This document shows positions 8,926 to 18,624 of a stretch of 64,000 bases of DNA, one piece after another. The DNA is from an uncultured Candidatus Binatia bacterium (GTDB lineage Bacteria; Desulfobacterota; Binatia; Bin18): contig OZ243961.1 in assembly GCA_965214605.1 (NCBI GenBank), positions 4,128,001 through 4,192,000 on the forward strand, given 5' to 3'. Under the pieces are notes generated by a model, which had not been told where the DNA came from, ran no database searches, and saw only the letters and a list, made by a program, of their open reading frames with translations. The position numbers and the translations under genes are program-made. Numbering within the stretch: position 1 is the stretch's first letter; each line of letters starts with the position of its first letter.

Positions 8926-10512
8926 TCAGCCGAGTTGGCCCACTGCTTTGACTTTGAGACGCACGGCATTCCCCGGCAAATAGGCCAACGGAATCTCCTC
9001 TTGGTCGATAATCTCAATACTCTCAGGCTTTGCCCCGGCCGCAATTGCTCGCTTGGATGCGTGTTGGGTGGCTTGGTCAAGAGCCTCGGCCCGGCTCAGC
9101 GTATCAAGCGAAAAGATCTGATCGACCGTGCCGCTGACCTGGGCAATTGCCACACCAATGGCGTTGGCGACTTCGGCGTGTGGCGGACGAATAATCTGGG
9201 TGGCCCCCCGCAACTGATTGGGTAGCAGCAGATTGCCTCCACCGACCGCCACAACCGGGACCGGAGCGGCCGACAGCTTCACCCGATCAAGCGCGTCTTC
9301 TAGATGCTGAGCGATATGGGCCAGCCCTGCGTCCACGACCGATCTGGGCACGGAATCGACCTGGCTAGGATCGCCTAGCCGAGCCCGACCGGCCGCAATC
9401 GCAAGATCGGTGGCGGTCAGCTGTTGACCACCAAAAGCTCGAGCGTCTTGGGTCAGCCGATAACCGACGCTGTCAGGACCAACCCGGCAGCCATCGTTGC
9501 TATGTACCCGGCTGCCCCCACCGAGCCCGATCGACACCAGATCCGGCATCCGAAAATTGGTCTCCACGCCACCAATCTCAACCGCTAGAGCGGACTCACG
9601 CGGAAAGCCCTTGTGGAGCATCCCGATATCGGTCGTGGTGCCGCCAATATCGATGACCAGTGCCTCCCCAAGCTGACTCAAATAGGCCGCTCCCCGGATA
9701 CTGTTCGCTGGTCCAGACGCAATGGTGAAGATGGGATACTGCAGGGCATAGTCGATAGACATCAGACTACCGTCGTTCTGGCCCAGAAATAGGCGAGCCG
9801 GAATGTTGAAACGTTGAACGGCACCCGCAAAGCCGTCTATGGCGGTCCGGGCCACACTGATCAGCGCGGCGTTGAGTACCGTGGCGTTCTCGCGCTCCAG
9901 CAGGCTGACGCTGCCGATCTCGCTCGACAGGCTGACCGCTACATCGTCGCCCAAGACCTCGTGGACTAGCTCGCGCGCGGCGTGTTCGTGTTCTGGATTG
10001 ACCGACGAGAACACGCCGCTAATTGCCACGGCTGCGACCGTGCCGCGCATGTCTTGGAGAGTAGTCCGAATCTCCCGAGCGTCTAGCGCCGCCAACGGCT
10101 CGCCGTTGTACTCGTGGCCGCCATGGACGATAGACCGTGCCGCGCACACCGTCTCGCGAAGGTCGGGTGGCCAGGTAAGCAAGGGCTCAATCGCCCGGGT
10201 GGCCGGAGCCCCGAGGCGAATGACGCCAACCCGATTGAGGCCCTGTCGTGTGACAATCGCGTTAGTGCAGTGGGTAGTGCCCAGCATGGCATAGCCAATA
10301 GCGTTCGGCGCCAGCCCGGAGTCAGACAGCACAGTGTGTATAACATGCTCAACGCCGGCCGTAACATCGACCGTGGTAGGAGACTTGGCACTGGCCAACA
10401 CCTGACCTGTCGGACTAACAATGACCGCATCTGTGTTAGTCCCGCCGACGTCTACGCCGAGACGTAGCTCAGCCGCCGGAGAGTCATGAGGTCGAGGCGT
10501 GGAGAGGGACAT
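8926..10512 (-). CDS. Hydantoinase/oxoprolinase A-type protein
   Basis: GVDVGGTNTDAV, LGTTHCTNA, ERENATVLNA, SGPANS, DIGGTTTD, VANAIG. Confidence 0.9.
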   Translation of the reverse strand: MSLSTPRPHDSPAAELRLGVDVGGTNTDAVIVSPTGQVLASAKSPTTVDVTAGVEHVIHTVLSDSGLAPNAIGYAMLGTTHCTNAIVTRQGLNRVGVIRLGAPATRAIEPLLTWPPDLRETVCAARSIVHGGHEYNGEPLAALDAREIRTTLQDMRGTVAAVAISGVFSSVNPEHEHAARELVHEVLGDDVAVSLSSEIGSVSLLERENATVLNAALISVARTAIDGFAGAVQRFNIPARLFLGQNDGSLMSIDYALQYPIFTIASGPANSIRGAAYLSQLGEALVIDIGGTTTDIGMLHKGFPRESALAVEIGGVETNFRMPDLVSIGLGGGSRVHSNDGCRVGPDSVGYRLTQDARAFGGQQLTATDLAIAAGRARLGDPSQVDSVPRSVVDAGLAHIAQHLEDALDRVKLSAAPVPVVAVGGGNLLLPNQLRGATQIIRPPHAEVANAIGVAIAQVSGTVDQIFSLDTLSRAEALDQATQHASKRAIAAGAKPESIEIIDQEEIPLAYLPGNAVRLKVKAVGQLG

Positions 10513-11557
10513 AATCAATCTCGTAGCCAAATGCACGCGGGCCGACCAGGTCCAGGCCGGCCGGGGTGCGCCACTGGTCATGGCTCGGAAAACCCAAGAC
10601 CGCAACTCGCAGGCCGTATTTTAAGCCTTCGGTCGTGATTGGACGGCCGCTCTGTTCGTCGACGATCGTAATCAGATCGGGGACTGTGGCCTGGGGCTGA
10701 CCCTCGCGCCAGAAGAGTAGATTTTCATTCTGAAAGGCCAACCGAAACGTGACCCCAGCGTCCGGCCCAGTTCCTCGGATATCCAGTTCACCTCGGGCAA
10801 ACCCCTGTAGAGTCTGGCGCCGTACGTCGGTGATCTTGCCCTGGCCTAACTGTCGTCCGTTGAGCAGCCCGATCAGCGCCTCGACCGGATCGTCGGTGGT
10901 GTGAACGTACAAACTCCGGCCAATCTGCCGGGCGAGGGACAGCGTGCCACGAAGCAGGGCCTTTTTTGCTATCCGAGCCTGCATGGGGTAGAGTGCGACA
11001 GCGGTCGAACAACCCATGGCGACCGTTGCCGTTCGGGCCAAGTGCTCGGTCCAAAAATTATCCTTCGTCTCCAGCAACACCTGATTGCCCTTTTCGTCGC
11101 CAATCGCCATTGGCGTGGCCGACACTCCGTGTAGAGTTGGGGTAACCATCTGAATTTCCGGAAACGCCCTGCCCATGCCATCGGCGTCAATGATCGGCAC
11201 GCCTAGGCTGGCCGCGACCAGCATCGGAATCATGGAATTAACCCCACCGGCCTCAATCGACAGCGTGGCAAAAGCTCGACACTGCAGTCGGCGTTCGACC
11301 ATCCGAAAGGCGTGTAAGACTTCGGTGCCGCTGGGAATCTTTTCGACTAAGACGGTTGGGGCCCCCATCATTGCGGTGGGGATGATCCACGCCTCGTCCG
11401 GGACCTCGTCGAGCGAAAGCAGCCGAATTGGACCGTGACGGAGAACCGCCTGTTGGGCCATCAGCTTCCCCAGGGTTGGGTCGCCACCGCCCCCAGTACC
11501 CAGGATAGTAGCTCCCAACGCAATATGTTCCAGGTCTTCAAGCTCAAGCAGGGTCAT
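10484..11557 (-). CDS. DUF917 family protein
   Basis: LGTGGGGDP, MMGAPTVLVEK, EAGGVNS, DADGMGRAFPE, FQNENL, TVPDLI, VGPRAFGY. Confidence 0.9.
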   Translation of the reverse strand: MTLLELEDLEHIALGATILGTGGGGDPTLGKLMAQQAVLRHGPIRLLSLDEVPDEAWIIPTAMMGAPTVLVEKIPSGTEVLHAFRMVERRLQCRAFATLSIEAGGVNSMIPMLVAASLGVPIIDADGMGRAFPEIQMVTPTLHGVSATPMAIGDEKGNQVLLETKDNFWTEHLARTATVAMGCSTAVALYPMQARIAKKALLRGTLSLARQIGRSLYVHTTDDPVEALIGLLNGRQLGQGKITDVRRQTLQGFARGELDIRGTGPDAGVTFRLAFQNENLLFWREGQPQATVPDLITIVDEQSGRPITTEGLKYGLRVAVLGFPSHDQWRTPAGLDLVGPRAFGYEIDYVPLHASTS

Positions 11558-12693
11558 CTCTTCTCGTCCGAGAAAAACCGCTGACACCCCAAAAATCCGG
11601 CCGCTGAGCGGGTCTGACCGTCGAGGGCCAGCTGGCTGAGGATCTCGCCCAGCACGTTGGCAAACTTAAAGCCGTGGCCCGAGAGTCCGGCAACAAAAGC
11701 CACCTGTGGATGCTCGGGGTGTTGATCAACAATAAAGTGTTCGTCCGGACTCATGGTGTACATACACACCACATGGTGTTGGCGCCGCCGGCTGACCCCC
11801 GGCAGATAGCTGGCCAGAAAACGCTCGACCTGGTCTTGATCGTGTGTATCGACATCCCGATCAACCGTGAGCGGGTTGCTGATGAGCTGTCCGCCTGAGT
11901 GCTCGGCCACTTTGAGGCCAAACCCGTCGGTCGGCGGAAAACCGTAAAAATGGCCCTCCGGGGTCTCGTAGAAATAGCATGGACAGCTAGACTCTCGATA
12001 AACGGGATCGTCGATTTCGTACCAAAACAGTGACTTACGCCGAATAGTAAAGGGGATGCCCAGCCCGCCTAGCAGTTGGCCGGCCCATGCCCCGGCGGTG
12101 ATGATGAGCCGCTCGGCCGCATACTCCGCCCGCTCAGTGGTGACAACCACCCCTTGGCCGTCGGTCCGCCAGGCGCGGACGACTTCATTGCTGTGTACCT
12201 GTGCACCGGCCCGTTGGGCGTGATCAATATGGGCTAGGACGCACGCCTCGACGCGCAGATAGCCGGCCTGTTGCTCGAACATGGCGGTCATGGTCGGGGG
12301 TACACGAAAGCCAGGGAAGCGCTGCTCGGTCTCCGCCGCACTCAGCTCATCGACCCTAAGACCGTGGGCGCGGGCGCTGGCCCGCACGCCGGGAACCATG
12401 GAACCCTCGGCCGGACCTACCTCAAGCAGGCCGGTCTCGGTGTACAGCTGCTGACCGCAGCGTTTGGACAACTCGCTCCACAAGCTATACGCCCGCTGCA
12501 GCAAAGGCACATAGTCCGGGTGTTCCATATAGGCTAGGCGAATGAGGCGCGTGTGGCCGTGTGAGCTGCCCCGATCGTGGCCGGGAGCAAAACGGTCGAT
12601 GCCCAGGGCTCGCACGCCGCGCTCGGCCAGATGAAACAGCGCCGCGCTGCCTACCCCGCCGGTGCCGATAACAATGCAATCGTAGTGATCCAT
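11554..12693 (-). CDS. solA: Monomeric sarcosine oxidase / N-methyltryptophan oxidase
   Basis: GTGGVG FAD motif, GSSHGHTRLIRLAY, flavinylation region VCMYTMSPDEHF, GLSGHGFKF. Confidence 0.88.
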   Translation of the reverse strand: MDHYDCIVIGTGGVGSAALFHLAERGVRALGIDRFAPGHDRGSSHGHTRLIRLAYMEHPDYVPLLQRAYSLWSELSKRCGQQLYTETGLLEVGPAEGSMVPGVRASARAHGLRVDELSAAETEQRFPGFRVPPTMTAMFEQQAGYLRVEACVLAHIDHAQRAGAQVHSNEVVRAWRTDGQGVVVTTERAEYAAERLIITAGAWAGQLLGGLGIPFTIRRKSLFWYEIDDPVYRESSCPCYFYETPEGHFYGFPPTDGFGLKVAEHSGGQLISNPLTVDRDVDTHDQDQVERFLASYLPGVSRRRQHHVVCMYTMSPDEHFIVDQHPEHPQVAFVAGLSGHGFKFANVLGEILSQLALDGQTRSAAGFLGCQRFFSDEKR

Positions 12694-13027
12694 AGCCGTC
12701 TCTTTCGTCTGTCTGGCAAGCAAAGAGGGGATATGGCCAGCATAGCGAAAGCCGTTTAAGAACACAAAGTGCTTATTACCTGCGTGACGAAAAAGAGGAG
12801 GATACGCGACAGTTCCTCGTTCTTTGTCGATGTCGAACGGCGAGTCTCGCCTGCCACGACCTAGAAACCAAAGAGCTAGCCCTGTTTGAGACGTCTCAAT
12901 AAAGAATTTTGTTGCGGGCCAAGAAATAGGGACTTCTCAACGGTCGGAAAATCACGTATACAGAGGGTCCGGATACCCGATACATAAAAACGACTAGTGG
13001 GTATCTTGCAAAAGATAGGAGGAGTCT

Positions 13028-13261
13028 ATGCGTAACGTGCCGACCGTCACCGCCCTTGCCCTCGCCCTTGGACTATGGGGAGCATCGCCGGCTGTCCATG
13101 CCGATCATCACGAAGGTTCAGGAATGGAACCCGCCGGGCAGGAAGCCAAAGAGGCACCGAAGGAGGCGACAATGGAGGCTTCTGGCGAGGCGTCATCCGA
13201 GGCCGCCGCACCTGAGAGTGGTAAGGAAGGAGCGGCTGAGGAGCCGGGTGGAGAAATGTAG
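13028..13261 (+). CDS. Small secreted acidic low-complexity protein
   Basis: SD AGGAGGAG; signal peptide ending VHA; mature part DHHE then E/A/G-rich. Confidence 0.75.
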   Translation: MRNVPTVTALALALGLWGASPAVHADHHEGSGMEPAGQEAKEAPKEATMEASGEASSEAAAPESGKEGAAEEPGGEM

Positions 13262-13271
13262 GAAGGTCCCC

Positions 13272-13299
13272 GCTGGGCCGCATATACCAGCTTTTTTTT
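13272..13299 (+). terminator. Possible intrinsic terminator
   Basis: GCTGG-N10-CCAGC followed by T8, just after the 13261 stop; may instead be the 5' coding region of the HNH gene. Confidence 0.4.
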
Positions 13300-13304
13300 C
13301 AGAC

Positions 13305-13571
13305 GTGAGTGCGGCCGACATCTCACGAGAAAAAAACCGCGCTCGCGAGCTGCGCCGCTCTGAGTGGTGGAATCGTAAGCGGGCGCCCGGCATCTGCTAC
13401 TACTGCCGGGGCCGCTTTCCATCCTTCGAGTTGACCATGGATCATCTGGTTCCCCTGGCGCGGGGTGGAAAATCGACCAAAGGCAATATTGTTCCGGCTT
13501 GTAAAGCGTGTAACAGCAAGAAAAAATACGCCTTACCCTGGGAGTGGGAAACGCACCAGAGTGGCGGATAA
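13305..13571 (+). CDS. Small HNH endonuclease
   Basis: CYYC...LTMDHLVPLARGGKSTKGNIVPACKACNSKK; start uncertain (GTG 13305). Confidence 0.8.
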   Translation: MSAADISREKNRARELRRSEWWNRKRAPGICYYCRGRFPSFELTMDHLVPLARGGKSTKGNIVPACKACNSKKKYALPWEWETHQSGG

Positions 13572-13595
13572 CGGGAGAATGTCAAAAAGGCGTGG

Positions 13596-14045
13596 TTACG
13601 ACTCAATCCAGTCGATAATGTAGTCGTTCAAACAGTCAAGGGAGACTAGCTTTTCCGACACAGTGCCGCCTCGGACCGAAATCCCAGCCTGATGGACCGT
13701 CTCCAGGCTGCCGGACACGAGCGGATGCCACCAGGCCAGCCCTTTTTCCTCGTGCAGCCGTCTGTAGGCACACGTCTGCGGCAGCCAGCGGACTTGGCCG
13801 ATGGTTTGCGGGCTGAGAATCCGACAGTCCGGTACCCAGCGTTGACGTTGGGCGTAGTTGGAGCATCGGCAGGTCTGGGGGTCGAGGAGATGGCAAGCCA
13901 CGTTAGTGTAAAATGTTTGATCGGAGTCCTCGTCTACAATTTTATGCAGACAGCAGCGGCCGCACCTGTCGCACAGTGATTCCCACTCGGCTTTGCTCAT
14001 CTCGCCCAGGGATTTTGTTTCCCAAAACGGTTTTGTTGCTGGCAT
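13596..14045 (-). CDS. YcgN/UPF0260 cysteine-cluster protein
   Basis: [37 protein letters not shown]. Confidence 0.92.
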   Translation of the reverse strand: MPATKPFWETKSLGEMSKAEWESLCDRCGRCCLHKIVDEDSDQTFYTNVACHLLDPQTCRCSNYAQRQRWVPDCRILSPQTIGQVRWLPQTCAYRRLHEEKGLAWWHPLVSGSLETVHQAGISVRGGTVSEKLVSLDCLNDYIIDWIES

Positions 14046-14084
14046 TCCTGTCTCGTCTCCTCGGTCTACCCTGGCGGGTGATGT

Positions 14085-14459
14085 TCAGCTGACCGTAATC
14101 GCAACCCGTCCCTCAGAGACCGTCACCGGATAGGTTCGAATTGGTCTGCGGGCCGGACCACGTAGGGCCCGGCCTGTTTCCAAACTAAAACGTGCCCGAT
14201 GCGTTCGGCAGGTGACAACCGTACCAGACACCGGTCCGTCGGCTAGGGGGGAGCGGTTGTGCGAGCAAATATTATCAATCGCAAATATCCGCTCGCTCAG
14301 ATGAAAGACGGCCAGCCGTCTCCCTCCGACGATCAGCGGTGTGCCCTGTCCGTCGGGGAAGTCCGAGAGGGGAAACGTGTAGGTGCGGGTTGGGCGGGGT
14401 GCAGACGTGACCGACCGCCTATTCAGCCAGACCCCCAATTTTTGCCACATCCCTCTCAT
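14085..14459 (-). CDS. Rieske-type [2Fe-2S] ferredoxin
   Basis: AIDNICSH...VTCRTHRARFSLETG. Confidence 0.85.
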   Translation of the reverse strand: MRGMWQKLGVWLNRRSVTSAPRPTRTYTFPLSDFPDGQGTPLIVGGRRLAVFHLSERIFAIDNICSHNRSPLADGPVSGTVVTCRTHRARFSLETGRALRGPARRPIRTYPVTVSEGRVAITVS

Positions 14460-14471
14460 AGGCTGACATGC

Positions 14472-15596
14472 CTACTCCATCGGAAAACCGTACAGCCTGG
14501 CTGTATTGTCATGGACAATCTTTCGGGTGTCTTCCTCTGGAATTGAGGCAAAGTTCTGGGCCACCTGTTTACGTGAGAACGGCCACACCCCTTCGGTATG
14601 CGGATAGTCTGACCCCCACATGATGTTCTCCACTCCCATGAGCTCACGTGTCAACACGCCAGCCCGGTCGTCTTCGAATGTGGCGTAGAACTGACGATGA
14701 AAATAGGTGCTAGGCGGTTCGGGTAGCCGAGGTTCCATCCAACCCTTGTGGTCTTGCCACCAGTGATCCATGAAACCCAAGGCGGCCCCGATCCAGCCAA
14801 TGCCGCTTTCGACTAGGGCCCATTTGAGTTTGGGAAAACGGACCGGTGCCCCCCCCCAGATCAGGTGTTGCAAGGTATCGTTCATCTCAAACTTGACGAT
14901 ACCGATAATAATCCCGCCTGCACCCGGCCCGTGGGCGCGGCCAAACGGATCACGGCCGCCGATGTGGATGCTGGCAATCAGACCCATATCTTGCATGGCC
15001 GCCCACAACGGCTCCCAGTCGGGCATATTATACGGGCGGTCATCGACCCAGGCGGGCAACATCACGCTGACCAAACCGAGTTTGGCGCACCGTTCGGTTT
15101 CTTTGACCGCCCACTCAACCGGTCCCCGACACGGAATCATGCCCACGCCTTTCAAACGACCGGGATACGGCTGACAGAACTCGGCTAGCCAGTCGTTGTA
15201 GGCGCGGCAGCAGGCGTACAAATATTCGGCGTCGGGTGCTCGAACCAGGGTCAGGCCGATCCCCGGGTAGATGACCTCTCCGGACACGCCGTCCAGGTCT
15301 TGGTCCTTCAGACGCTCGTCCGGATCCCAGCAGCCCGGCCGGTTTTCTGAGTACTTAAACCCCTTTGGTTTAGGGATATCCAGCCCTTGTGCCTTGAGGT
15401 CGGCCATTGGGCCCTCAAAGGCCAGCGGCCGCGGGCGCAGCCCGTCGATGACGATATAGTCGCCGGTTTCATCCAGTGCCTCAATACGGGGGGCTTTGTC
15501 CCGCCACTTTTTGTCCATACGGGTGAGCCACAGATCGGCGGGCTCGACAATGTGGGAATCGGAAGACAGTAAGCGTTGGGTATATGCTGCGGTCAT
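14472..15596 (-). CDS. Amidohydrolase family 2 protein
   Basis: SSDSHIVEP, AYNDWLAEFC, VESGIGW, MWGSDYPH. Confidence 0.9.
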   Translation of the reverse strand: MTAAYTQRLLSSDSHIVEPADLWLTRMDKKWRDKAPRIEALDETGDYIVIDGLRPRPLAFEGPMADLKAQGLDIPKPKGFKYSENRPGCWDPDERLKDQDLDGVSGEVIYPGIGLTLVRAPDAEYLYACCRAYNDWLAEFCQPYPGRLKGVGMIPCRGPVEWAVKETERCAKLGLVSVMLPAWVDDRPYNMPDWEPLWAAMQDMGLIASIHIGGRDPFGRAHGPGAGGIIIGIVKFEMNDTLQHLIWGGAPVRFPKLKWALVESGIGWIGAALGFMDHWWQDHKGWMEPRLPEPPSTYFHRQFYATFEDDRAGVLTRELMGVENIMWGSDYPHTEGVWPFSRKQVAQNFASIPEEDTRKIVHDNTARLYGFPME

Positions 15597-15637
15597 TGGG
15601 CCTCCTTGGAAAATGAGGACGCACGGGGATCGTTTTG

Positions 15638-16087
15638 CTACTGACTGAGCGCGATTTTATTACACGTACAGGAGCCGATCTGATGAAGTTCAATCACATT
15701 GCCACACGGGTCTCGAACAAACACCTGATCAGAATTTTGGCCGACTAAACCCTGGATACTCCAGTACCAGATGCCGCGTTCGTCTAGCTCCTTGCGGGCC
15801 TCTTGAATGTCTTCGACGGCCAGGGCAACGTGCGGCAGAGTTGGATCTTCTTTTTCGCTTTTGGCCATGGGTGATTTTCCGTTGGCACCCATCAGATGGA
15901 TCTGGGTTGTCCGTTCCCCCTGGCCCACGTACATCCAGAAACCGGGGATAGTAGGAATATTGGGCCGGGCCGGGTCGGTGTCGAGACCTAAGACGTCGGA
16001 GTAGAAGCTGCGGGCCCGTTCGACTTCCTCCGGTTCTGTACCAATCCGAATCCCGTGATGGTGTAGTTCAACAACCTTAATCGGCAT
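15638..16087 (-). CDS. VOC/glyoxalase family protein
   Basis: LHHHGI, QIHL, HVALAVEDI, FVRDPCGNVIEL. Confidence 0.88.
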   Translation of the reverse strand: MPIKVVELHHHGIRIGTEPEEVERARSFYSDVLGLDTDPARPNIPTIPGFWMYVGQGERTTQIHLMGANGKSPMAKSEKEDPTLPHVALAVEDIQEARKELDERGIWYWSIQGLVGQNSDQVFVRDPCGNVIELHQIGSCTCNKIALSQ

Positions 16088-16226
16088 AGCCTCTCCTCCT
16101 TAAATCCAAGCGCTGACCGCCGCCTGGGCGGTCTAGTGCGTGCTATAGCATAAGAGGGGCACTTCGGAGAAGGGTGCCGAGCACTTGGACTGGAGCACCA
16201 GACGCAAAAGGGGAGAGGGAGGTCCA

Positions 16227-17252
16227 TCAATCGTTCTTGAAGCCGGGCATAATTTCTTTGGCAAAAATCCGCACCCCATCCCTATCGTACAGACCCGGAC
16301 GACGCAGGTTGACAATAAAATGGGTCACACCGACATCAATATAGGCCTGGATCTGACGGCGGATTTCCCCCAGGGTACCGACCAGTATCATCTTCCGGGC
16401 CTGTTCAACAGGAATGTTTCTCAGCCCGGCAATGCGTTCCAACAGGGGTCGGACCTCAGCCGGATTGGTTCGGATATAGACCGGAGTGAGGATTGAGCGC
16501 TCAATATCGTCACAATCCCGTTGTATCTCCTGGCACAGACGCTCTAAGACCTGGTTTTTTGCCCGAATTTGGTCTGGGGTGAGCATTGGAATATTCCACA
16601 TGGTGGCGTATTTGGCCACTAGAGGCAGGGTACGTGTCTCGCCAATGCCCCCGATCAAAATCGGAGGGTGGGGCTGCTGGACCGGTTTAGGCTCGAACGG
16701 GGCATCAACCAGGGTGTAATACGTGCCACTGAAAGACGCGGTCGGATCGGCTCTCCACAGCGCGGTGATCAGGTGCAGGGCTTCGGCTAGCCGTTCGCTG
16801 CGTTCTTTCATCTTCGGGAAGGGCACGCCAAAAGCCTGGTGCTCACGCTCAAACCAGCCAAAGCCGACCCCCAGGATGAGCCGTCCCTGGCTCAGATGAT
16901 CAACGGTGGTCGCCATCTTGGCCAAAACCGAGGGATGGCGAAACGTATTGCTGGATACCATGGTGCCGATCTGAACCCGAGATGTGACGGTTGCCATTGC
17001 CGCCAGCAGGGTCCAGGCCTCGAGGTTGACCTTGTCCGGGGGGCCCACGCTGGGTAAGAGGTGATCGTTGGTCCACAGGGTATCAAAGCCGAGCGCCTCG
17101 GCCTCCTGCCAGACGTCTTTGAGTTCTTGGACGGTGGTCTGCTGTTGAGCGACCTGCAGTCCAAACCGAATCGGCTTGGTGGTTGGTTGATCGGCAACGC
17201 AGACTGACGCAGACAGGAGAAAGATCAGCAGAGCTGAGAGGAAGCACTTCAT
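16227..17252 (-). CDS. LLM-class (probable F420-dependent) oxidoreductase with N-terminal signal-like peptide
   Basis: WTNDHL, EAWTLLAAMA, FRHPSVLAKMATTVDHLSQGRLILGVG, PKPVQQPHPPILIGG. Confidence 0.88.
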   Translation of the reverse strand: MKCFLSALLIFLLSASVCVADQPTTKPIRFGLQVAQQQTTVQELKDVWQEAEALGFDTLWTNDHLLPSVGPPDKVNLEAWTLLAAMATVTSRVQIGTMVSSNTFRHPSVLAKMATTVDHLSQGRLILGVGFGWFEREHQAFGVPFPKMKERSERLAEALHLITALWRADPTASFSGTYYTLVDAPFEPKPVQQPHPPILIGGIGETRTLPLVAKYATMWNIPMLTPDQIRAKNQVLERLCQEIQRDCDDIERSILTPVYIRTNPAEVRPLLERIAGLRNIPVEQARKMILVGTLGEIRRQIQAYIDVGVTHFIVNLRRPGLYDRDGVRIFAKEIMPGFKND

Positions 17253-17309
17253 CGTAATCCTTTCTGTGGATGCTGTCCCATTGAGGCGTTTTTACGTCTC
17301 AGCAGCAAC

Positions 17310-18293
17310 CTACGCCGCGGGCTCTTCCACCTCAAAGCCGGCCCGTTCAATGAGTCTGCGGGCCGCCTCGGCCTGCTGGCCCGGCGTTGTCAAATAGCCC
17401 TCAACAAAGAGTGAATTGGCCGGATACAGCGCCAGCCCAGCCCATTCGCCGAGATACAGCTCGCGACCGGCGGCCATGCGAATTTCGCTATGGGGATTCA
17501 GAAAGCGCATCAGACACAGGGTTTTCAGGCCCTTAATCGGGTCGATATTACGCCGTTCACCGAACGGGGTGCCAGCAATCGGATACAGGAAATTGACCGG
17601 AATCGAGTCAATGTCCAGCTCACGGGCGGCATACGCTAGATCGACAATATCCTCATCATTTTCGCCCATGCCGATGATGCCCCCAGAGCAAGTGGACAGA
17701 CCCATCCGTTTTACGTTTTTGAGCGTCTCAACCCGGTCGTCGTAGGTATGGGTGGTGCAGATCTGGGGGTAGAAGCGCCGGCTGGTATTCAGGTTATGAT
17801 TCACCCAACCGACCCCCGCATCTTTCAGCTCAGCAGCTTGGGCGGAATCCATCAGGCCCAGCGAGACGCAGAGCTCCAGCTGGGGAAACTCGGCTTTAAT
17901 CGCGCGCGCAGCCTGGCTCAGGTGCGTGATCTCCCGCCTCTGGGGTCCACGTCCGCTGGTGACCATACAGTACCGCCGGGCGCCGGCGGCTACCGCTTTG
18001 CGTGCCCCGGCCAACAGTTGGTCGTGAGGCAGGAGGCGGTATTTTTGAATGGCAGCGGTCGAAATTTTAGACTGAGAACAGTAATGGCAGTCTTCCGGAC
18101 ACAGGCCGCTCTGGGCATTTTGTAAGACACATACTTTGACCTTACGACCAAACGTCCGTTGGCGGACGCTGAAAGCCGTGGTGAGCAGTTGCCGCAGGGC
18201 GGTGTCAGCGGTTTTGAGCACGGCAAAGGCATCGGCGCGGGACAGCGCTTCACCCTCTAGTGAGGTTCGGGCCAAGGCGGAAAAATCGGGCAT
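17310..18293 (-). CDS. bioB: Biotin synthase (intact)
   Basis: CPEDCHYCSQS radical-SAM motif, RYCM, NHNLNTS, CSGGIIGMGE, IRMAAGRE; own SD AAGGAG. Confidence 0.95.
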   Translation of the reverse strand: MPDFSALARTSLEGEALSRADAFAVLKTADTALRQLLTTAFSVRQRTFGRKVKVCVLQNAQSGLCPEDCHYCSQSKISTAAIQKYRLLPHDQLLAGARKAVAAGARRYCMVTSGRGPQRREITHLSQAARAIKAEFPQLELCVSLGLMDSAQAAELKDAGVGWVNHNLNTSRRFYPQICTTHTYDDRVETLKNVKRMGLSTCSGGIIGMGENDEDIVDLAYAARELDIDSIPVNFLYPIAGTPFGERRNIDPIKGLKTLCLMRFLNPHSEIRMAAGRELYLGEWAGLALYPANSLFVEGYLTTPGQQAEAARRLIERAGFEVEEPAA

Positions 18294-18324
18294 CTCTATA
18301 CTCCTTCCACGGAACGGCATTGCT

Positions 18325-18624
18325 CTATCCTAACAGCCGCTGCACATCAATCGCGGTGTCGAACTGTCTTGTGCTGAGCGCCGCGCTGTCTGCCGCCACA
18401 TCGCCACTCAGCGACACAAATGGCAGGCAGCCCAGACACGGCACGTCGGTCAGCCCGGCCGGGCGTTGGTCTGAATGGCTAGGTCGGAGTCTGGACTTGG
18501 ATGGTTGAAGATGTAACCCAACAGGGACAGCGGAGCGTGCCTGGGCACACTCGAACGTCAGCAGGGCATGGTTCAGAGCTCCCAGCTTTGAGCCAACCAC
18601 CACCAGGATCGGAAGCCGTAGCCC
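18325..18624 (-). pseudogene. bioD: Dethiobiotin synthase 3' remnant
   Basis: LPILVVVGSKLGALNHALLT; GYIFNH lies in another frame; P-loop half missing; joined to the bioA remnant. Confidence 0.8.

Noticed and set aside
13056-13304. Long N-terminal extension of the HNH protein
   Set aside because: Overlaps the better-supported secreted peptide gene in another frame
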